From NCBI RefSeq assembly GCF_009914755.1, contig NC_060929.1: a stretch of DNA of 64,000 bases; one strand, given 5' to 3'. Origin of the DNA: the human T2T-CHM13v2.0 reference genome, Homo sapiens. The notes beneath the pieces were generated by a model. The model saw only the letters and a program-made list of their open reading frames with translations, made no database searches and was not told the origin of the DNA. Both the position numbers and the translations under genes were made by a program. Below, in pieces: positions 54,768-64,000 of the stretch (its first letter is position 1; every line of letters starts with the position of its first letter).

Positions 54768-55350
54768 GGTGGGGCTCAGAAAATGATACCCCAAAGTATG
54801 AAGCTGTGGGAGGCTGAATGCTTTGAACTAAAGTATCTGACCATCGCTCACTCCTTTTCCCTCCCAAAACCCTCCTGAAGCGCAGGGAGGGGCCTTCTCT
54901 GATGTTCTCTTTTGTTTCTAAGGGAAGTTCCTGCAGAAGGAATGCCATTGTCTTGAGCCCTTTCCCTAGCATCTCATAAAACATGGACAATTAACTCACA
55001 GGAAAGGATACTGAAGGTGATACCATCTCTTCTGAGGACTGGGCTGCTTGAGAGGTTTTATCTGCATGACAAGACAGCCTTTGTTTGCCATGCATTTCCT
55101 CCCCTCAACCTCCTAGCGTCTGCTGCCACCTCCTCCCAGAAACCTCAGGCCCCAGTTTTTGGAGCTCAAATGCTATTTAGACTTCATCAGTCTGGCCCTT
55201 ACTAGAGTCTCACATTTTGTGGGACTCCTGTGCATGTATGTAATAAATTTGCATGCCTTTTCTCCTATTAATCTGTCTACTGTCAATTTTATTCCAGAGA
55301 CTCAAATTATTGAAGCTTCGGAGAATACAGGGAATGTTTAAAACTTCTAC
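54768..55350 (+). mobile_element. Old ERV1 LTR (MER34/MER4 group)
   Basis: Starts ...CAGAAAATGATACCCCAAAGTATG; TAATAAATTTG...CTTTTCTCCTATTAATCTG near the 3' end. Confidence 0.5.
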
Positions 55351-55902
55351 GCTGGCAAAAAGTTAATTCAATTATTACTGAATTAATGGGAGAATTGATT
55401 GCTTTGAAGGAATCCTCCCCATCCCTAACAAAAATCAAAAACAATCCCTATGGGGAAAGATGGACAAAGTCAACTATTTAATACAACTTGGTGCACACTT
55501 GAAAATAATACCAAGATGCAAGGATGGCCACATACTGGGGGAGAACCTCAACTTTGCTCACATCCTTCTTGGCTGTGAGGCAGGCCAAGGCTCCCGGAGA
55601 GGAAGTGGGGAAGCCTGGGGCATTTGCCAAAGCCTGTGAGGTCAGGTTGGCTGGAAGGTGGCTTGGGCCCCTTGGCACCAAGGCAAGGTTCAATCAACTC
55701 TCCACCCCTATGGCTTCCCTTTGGGCCAGGGCCACCCAGGCTCCTCATGCTTGGGCAGGCATCTCTGGGATCCGCCCTCCTGACGCCCCTGCAGGCACAC
55801 AGTCCTGCTGTGGGCCTTCTCCCCTGCTATATATCATAAGGTTTTTGAGCCGCAGTTTCCTTATGTATACGTGGAGGACACTGGCTTCTTGAGTATCTCT
55901 GA

Positions 55903-56316
<414 letters not shown>

Positions 56317-56803
56317 TGAGACAGGGTCTCTCACACTCTGTTATCTAGGCTGGAGTAGTGGCGCGATCACTGCTCACTGCAGCCTCGACCTCCTAGGCAG
56401 CCTCCCATCTCAGCCTCCCAAGTAGCTGAGACTACAGATGTGCACCACCACACCCGGCTAATTTTTGTATTATTTGTACAGACAGGGTCTCCCTATGTTG
56501 TCCAGACTGGTCTAGAACTCCTAGGCACAAGCATTCCTCCCTCCTCAGCCTCCTAAAGTGCTGGGATTACAGGCGTGAGCCACCATGTCTGGCCCCAAAG
56601 AGGGTGATGGGAGTGGGGGCCAGAAGACAGAATGAACAAATAAACACGCAAGATAACTTCCAAGTGCTATAAAGAAAACAGGTCGGCTGGGTGCGGTGGC
56701 TCACGCCTGTAGTCCCAGCACTTCGGGAGGCCGAAGCAGGCGGATCGCGAGGTTAGGAGTTCAAGACCAGCCTGGCCAGCATGGTGAAACCCCGTCTCTA
56801 CTA

Positions 56804-57170
<367 letters not shown>

Positions 57171-57523
57171 TCAAGGGGAGGATGGCCTGGAATGAGGCCC
57201 AACCAAAAAGGGAGCAGAAGTGGGCAACACAGAGACCTGGCTTTTTCTCCAGGGCTGTTCCTAGTCCCAGCTGAGGCCTGAGGAGGAGTGGGGACTTCTC
57301 TACTCTTTCCCTCCAGAGCAGAGGGTCCGGGATAGAAAATTCAATCTGGGGCTGGGTGTGGTGGTTCATGCCTGTAATCCCAGCAATTTGGGAGGCTGTG
57401 GTGGGTGGATCACCTGAGGTCAGGAGTTTGAGACCAGCCTGGCCAACATGGCAAAATCCCCTCTCTACTAAAAATACAAAAATTAGCCGGGCATGGTGGA
57501 GCATGTCTGTAATCTGTTACTCA

Positions 57524-57622
<99 letters not shown>

Positions 57623-57863
57623 TCATCTCAAAAAAAGAAAAAGAAAATTCAGTCTGGACCTGGGTTTGGGGTCAGTGCCTGTTCCCTCCTCCTTCCTAAC
57701 CCTCACCCTTCCTCCTTAGGGCAGATGGGCAGCTCCCATCTTCTCCCCTTCCCCCGTTCCCCAGGACAGCGACCAACACAGGGCGGCAGGGTAGGGCTGG
57801 ACCCCCTCCTCCGCAGAACTGAATTCTGTTGAATACCCAGTGGGCAGATTAAGTTCGGGCTAA

Positions 57864-58076
<213 letters not shown>

Positions 58077-58142
58077 TAATTTTTGTATTTTTAGTACAGA
58101 CGGGGTTTCACCATATTGGACAGGCTGGTCTCGAACTCCTGA

Positions 58143-58416
<274 letters not shown>

Positions 58417-58608
58417 TAGCCAGGATGGTCTCGATCTCCTGACCTCCTGATCCGCCCGCCTCGGCCTCCCAAAGTGCTGGGATTACAGGCGTGAGCCGCC
58501 GCGCCCGGCCTGGAGTTTTCTTTTTTTTTTTAAGCATCACTTCATATTTCAAGAGCTCTCAGTTCTCCTGAGATTTCTAGGCTCTGTCCAGGATCCCTAA
58601 GCCTGTTC

Positions 58609-58802
58609 ACAGTCCTACTTGAAGTTTCTAATCTTTCTTTTCTCATTAACCAAAACTGGAGAGAGGAAAAAGCCCATCATTTTCCCTGGACAGCAGCGCC
58701 TACTGGGAGTTTCACCCGCATTAACATGCAAACGACAGGCAAACTCCTAGTCATCCTTCCAAAGACCCTGCTCCATAGCCCTGCCGAGGCCGGTGCGCAC
58801 CT
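58609..58802. repeat. Left arm of a 194-bp non-TE inverted repeat
   Basis: Reverse complement of 59611-59804 at 192/194 positions by manual comparison (mismatches 58662/59751 and 58789/59624). Confidence 0.97.
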
Positions 58803-59630
58803 AGCCCAGCCACTGCCCCTCACGGCCCCCGCGCCGCCCTCACTGAGCAGGGCGGGCAGCGCTGTAGGCGTAACCACTTGGGGCTTGGGGCTTCTGACCC
58901 GGGAGTCGGGTGCTGGGTTGAGTGCGAGGCCGACGCCTCTGCCGGGTGGGGAACCCGCCCGCCGGCGAGGAGCGGTCGCGGCCAGGGGCTTCCGCCGACT
59001 GGGAGGCCCGGGGCCGGGCCGGAGGGACTCGGAACCTGGAAACGACCAGGCGCGACCCCCCAGAGGACTACAGGCGCGGCTTTTCTGGCCGCCGCCCGGT
59101 TCCCGCGGGCGACTCCACTCGGCATGCGCGGCGGGGAGCCTCGGCGGTGAGGCGCAAAGCCGCGGGCTCGTGGGACGGCCACCCCTCCGCAAAACCGCCA
59201 ATGGGCGGGCCCGGGCCGCCGATCGCCCGCCGCGGCTTCCGGTTCCGATGACAGTGGCGCCGGAAGCCGGGGCCGGGGCTGCGGGGCGAGGTGAGAGCGG
59301 GCGGGCTTGGGAGCCGGCAGGTGCGGGCCGAGGGCGGGCACAGCGGCCGGCGGAGCTGAGGCGCGCGGCGGGGAAAGCTCGGCCGGCCTCCCGGGCCCCA
59401 GCCTTCTCCAGAACCCCTGCTACCCACGACTAAGCCCCGAACAATCTGCCCTTGGGCTTGTTCTCTTCGCAGTTGTCGGCCCTGGGCCGGGAGCTGGAGT
59501 CCCAGACTCATAGGTCCCGGCCCAGCCCCCGAAGAGCCGCCTCAGCCGGGGGGAGTTGCTCGGACTCAAACGTCCAGTCCTCGTGCGACCGCGCTGGGTC
59601 GGAAGTGAGCAGGTGCGCACCGGGCTCGGC
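58780..59630 (+). promoter_or_regulatory. RMND5B: CpG-island promoter with non-coding exon 1 (ends 59290) and exon 2 (59473-59612), most likely RMND5B
   Basis: CpG island with CCAAT near 59197, a GC box and inverted ETS cores (CTTCCGG 59236, CCGGAAG 59260). Donor GAG|gtgaga at 59291, acceptor ttctcttcgcag| before 59473, donor CAG|gtgcgc at 59613. The gene name comes from the known order N4BP3-RMND5B-NHP2; no coding exon is in the window. Confidence 0.78.
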
Positions 59631-59804
59631 AGGGCTATGGAGCAGGGTCTTTGGAAGGATGACTAGGAGTTTGCCTGTCGTTTGCATGTTAATGCGGGTG
59701 AAACTCCCAGTAGGCGCTGCTGTCCAGGGAAAATGATGGGCTTTTTCCTCCCTCCAGTTTTGGTTAATGAGAAAAGAAAGATTAGAAACTTCAAGTAGGA
59801 CTGT
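59611..59804. repeat. Right arm of a 194-bp non-TE inverted repeat
   Basis: Reverse complement of 58609-58802; begins at the exon-2 donor AG|GTGCGC. Confidence 0.97.
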
Positions 59805-60339
59805 ATAGTAAAAAAAAAAAAAAAATGGAGGAGGGCGATATGACACGGTAACTGGTGTGAGGGTGGGGCGGAGGGGTCAGTATTAGATACTGTGGTCTAG
59901 CAGAGCATCTCTGAGGACGGGACATTTGCGTTGAGACCCAAATTAGGAGGCAGGCTTAGGAAGATACGGGAAGAGAGTGGTCCAGGCAGCGGGAACAGCC
60001 AGTGTGAAGGCCCTAGGGCAGAAATCAACTGAGAGTATAGTCAAGGAACAGAAAGCAAGCTAGTGTGGCTAAAGTATGGTAAGAAAGGGAAAGAGTGGTA
60101 GGAGATGAGGTCGGATAATTGGGGTTTGGTCACATAGAGTCTGTAGGTCAGAGAGAGGAATGTTGAGTTTTTTCTAAGTACAGTGGAAATCTTTTGGTTT
60201 TAAGCAGAGGAGTGACATGTAGGGTAGAGAGTGGATGGAGGTCGCGGCTGCAAAAGCATAAGAATTGGCTGGGCACGGTGGTTCACGCCCGTAATTCCAG
60301 CACTTTGGGAGGCTGAGACTGGCAGACGGCTTGAGCTCA

Positions 60340-60805
<466 letters not shown>

Positions 60806-61003
60806 TCAGGAGTGTTCATGGTGGGACTACATGGTGCACCTGTAGTCCCAGCTTCTTGGGGTGGGGGGCTGAGGTGGGAGGATCACTTGAGCCCAGGAGG
60901 TCGAGGCTGCAGTGAGCCCTGATTGTACCACAGCACTCTGGCCTGGGAAACAGATTGAGACCCTGTCTCTCTCTTTTTTATTTTTTTATTTTTTTATTTT
61001 TAA

Positions 61004-61393
<390 letters not shown>

Positions 61394-61639
61394 TGAGCCA
61401 CCACGCCCAGCCGATGTTGTCTAATCTTTGTCAGGCAAAAGGGACCTTTATGATTTGCTCAAACTTCCTTTCTCCTTACACAGGAGCCCCTTGTTTCAGG
61501 ATGCTAAATACTCCAGGATAAACCTCCATACATGCCTTTGTGGAGATTTTAATATTTCACTCATGTCTCTTTTCTACCCACTCCTACACATTTGAGCTCA
61601 GGTTCTCCAGCGCAGTTAGGAAATGGATGTGTCATTTAA

Positions 61640-61780
<141 letters not shown>

Positions 61781-61940
61781 TGAGTAGCTGGGATTACAGG
61801 TGCCCGCCACCACACCTCGGTAATTTTTGTATTTTTAGTAGAGACGAAGTTTCACCATGTTGGTCAGGCGGGTCTCAAACTCTTGACCTCAGGTGAGCCA
61901 CCCACCTCAGCCTCCCAAAGTGCTGGGATTACAGGTGTGA

Positions 61941-62198
<258 letters not shown>

Positions 62199-64000
62199 TG
62201 ATCCACTCGCCTCGGCCTCCCAAAGTGTTGGGATTACAGGCGTGAGCCACCGCGCCCTGCCCCAATCAACAAATGTTTACTGAGCATCTACCATGGACCA
62301 GGCCCTAGTCTGGGCACTGAGGGGGAGAAAGGACAAGACTACATTCCAGCCATCGAGCAGCTCACAGACCAATGGAGGAGGCTGACGTGGACAGGCTGTT
62401 ACTGTGCTGCAGTAGCTGAGGACTCGATGGGTGTGGTGTGGCCACTCTTGCCAGGTTATGAAGCAGAAAAGGAGGCAGGGAGATTTCACTGAGGGCTCAA
62501 GGGGAGGTGATAATTTAACTACAGCTTACGTACTCTATACAAAGAAGTGCAGAGGGCACTCTAAAAATGGGAACAACTTGTGCAAAGGAAGCAAATACAT
62601 TATTGCAAAGGGTTTATATGTCAACCATGGTAGTGTTGGGCAAAAGGTAACAGGATCTGCTATGTGTTTCGGAGGGTCATCCTGGTGGATAATTTCTGTA
62701 TATGTGAGACCTTGGGGAGGAAGGCTTAGGACCAGTGGACATGAAATTTCAATCTATTAATCATGAAGTTTGTCAAAGACAAACACAATTCCTTGCGCCT
62801 GGTGAAGATGACTGACTGATTCAGGCAGAGTGGCTTGCTCTAGACAGACTGAATTAACCTCCTGCATTTTTTGGATAGAATACCCACGAACAGTTCTGTT
62901 TTCTCAGTTCATTTATTTTACTTTTAAAAATTTGGCCAGGTGATTTGGCTCACACCTGTAATCCCAGTGCTTTGGGAGGCCAAGGCAGGTGGATCACTTG
63001 AGGCTAGGAGTTCGAGACCAGCCTGGCCAAAATGGCGAAACCCCGTCTTTACTAAAAATACAAAAATGAAAAAAAAAAAAGCCAGGTGTGGTGGTGCACC
63101 TGTAATACCAGCTACTTGGGAGACCAAGGCATAAGAATTGCTTGGACCCGGGGGGTGGAGGTTGCCAGTGAGCCAAGATAGCACCACTGTATTCCAGCCT
63201 GGGCAACAGAGCGAGACCGTCTACAAAAAAAAAAAAAAAAATTACTGAGTTAATCACACTCCTCAGTTCATGATACATTTAACTGGTCCATGCAGGGCCT
63301 TTTTCTCCTTTGTATTTATATTCCCTTTTGTCCCTATTCTTCCCCTCTCTTCTCACCACAGGAAACCATTCTGATGTGTTTGGTGTATATCTTCTTTTTG
63401 TTTTTTGTTTTTTTGAGACAGGGTCTCACTCTGTTGCTCAGGCTGGAATGCAGTGGCATAATCATGGCTGACTGCAGCCTTGACCTCCCGGGCTCAAGCA
63501 ATCCTCCGTCCCACCTCAGCCTTCTGAGGAGCTGGGACCACAGGCGTGTGCCACCATGCCCAGGTAAATTTGCCGTGTTGCCCAAGCTAGTCTCAAACTC
63601 CTGAGCTCAGCAGTCTGCCTGCCTTGACCTCCCAAAATGCTGAGATTACAGGTGTGAGCCACTGCTCCCAGCCTATATGCATATACTTTTAATTTACATA
63701 AATGGATTCTGCCTAGACCTCATTTTTTTCCACCTCAGTGCCATGTGTGGAGCTTGTCGATGTTGCTCTGGGTATATTTGGGATGCAGTTTCTAAATGCT
63801 CCACAGGTTTCCATAGATGCATCCCCCACATTTTACTTACTTGATTCCTCTAGTGATGAGGTCCCTAGATTGTTTCCCACTCCTTGCTACAATGCAATCC
63901 CGTACCCATCTCCTTCCTCAGCTTTGTAAATAGAATTTTATCGCTTCTCAGCCTTTTCGCTGAGATCAAGTGTAGTAAATACAATTTCAAGATGCTGATT

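Noticed and set aside
58677-59846. ORF pairs sharing identical peptides on opposite strands (...SAGLWSRVFGRMTRSLPVVCMLMRVKLPVGAAVQGK)
   Set aside because: A direct consequence of the 194-bp inverted repeat; no evidence of coding.

Overview
Human genomic DNA: very Alu-dense, and it carries an AluYa5 element. The window holds the complete N4BP3 gene on the + strand (non-coding exon 1 in a CpG island at ~41.4-42.5 kb; four coding exons, 47824-50241, 544 aa). It also holds the CpG-island promoter and first two non-coding exons of the next + strand gene, which by gene order is RMND5B (5q35.3). The first ~41 kb is intergenic: Alus, L1/L2/MIR fragments, ERV1-type solo LTRs, a 21 x 43-bp minisatellite and an orphan CpG island. 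Main observations: (1) a 194-bp, 99%-identical inverted repeat brackets the RMND5B promoter and 5' exons and duplicates the exon-2 splice donor; (2) a spliced, strong-Kozak uORF stops 6 nt before the N4BP3 start and could shift initiation to a myristoylation-type MGSVGS start; (3) 13 of 21 minisatellite units carry the PRDM9 13-mer; (4) two short inverted templated insertions sit at Alus; (5) a possible decayed minus-strand gene. Nearly all ORFs in the supplied track are Alu, repeat or GC-content artefacts.
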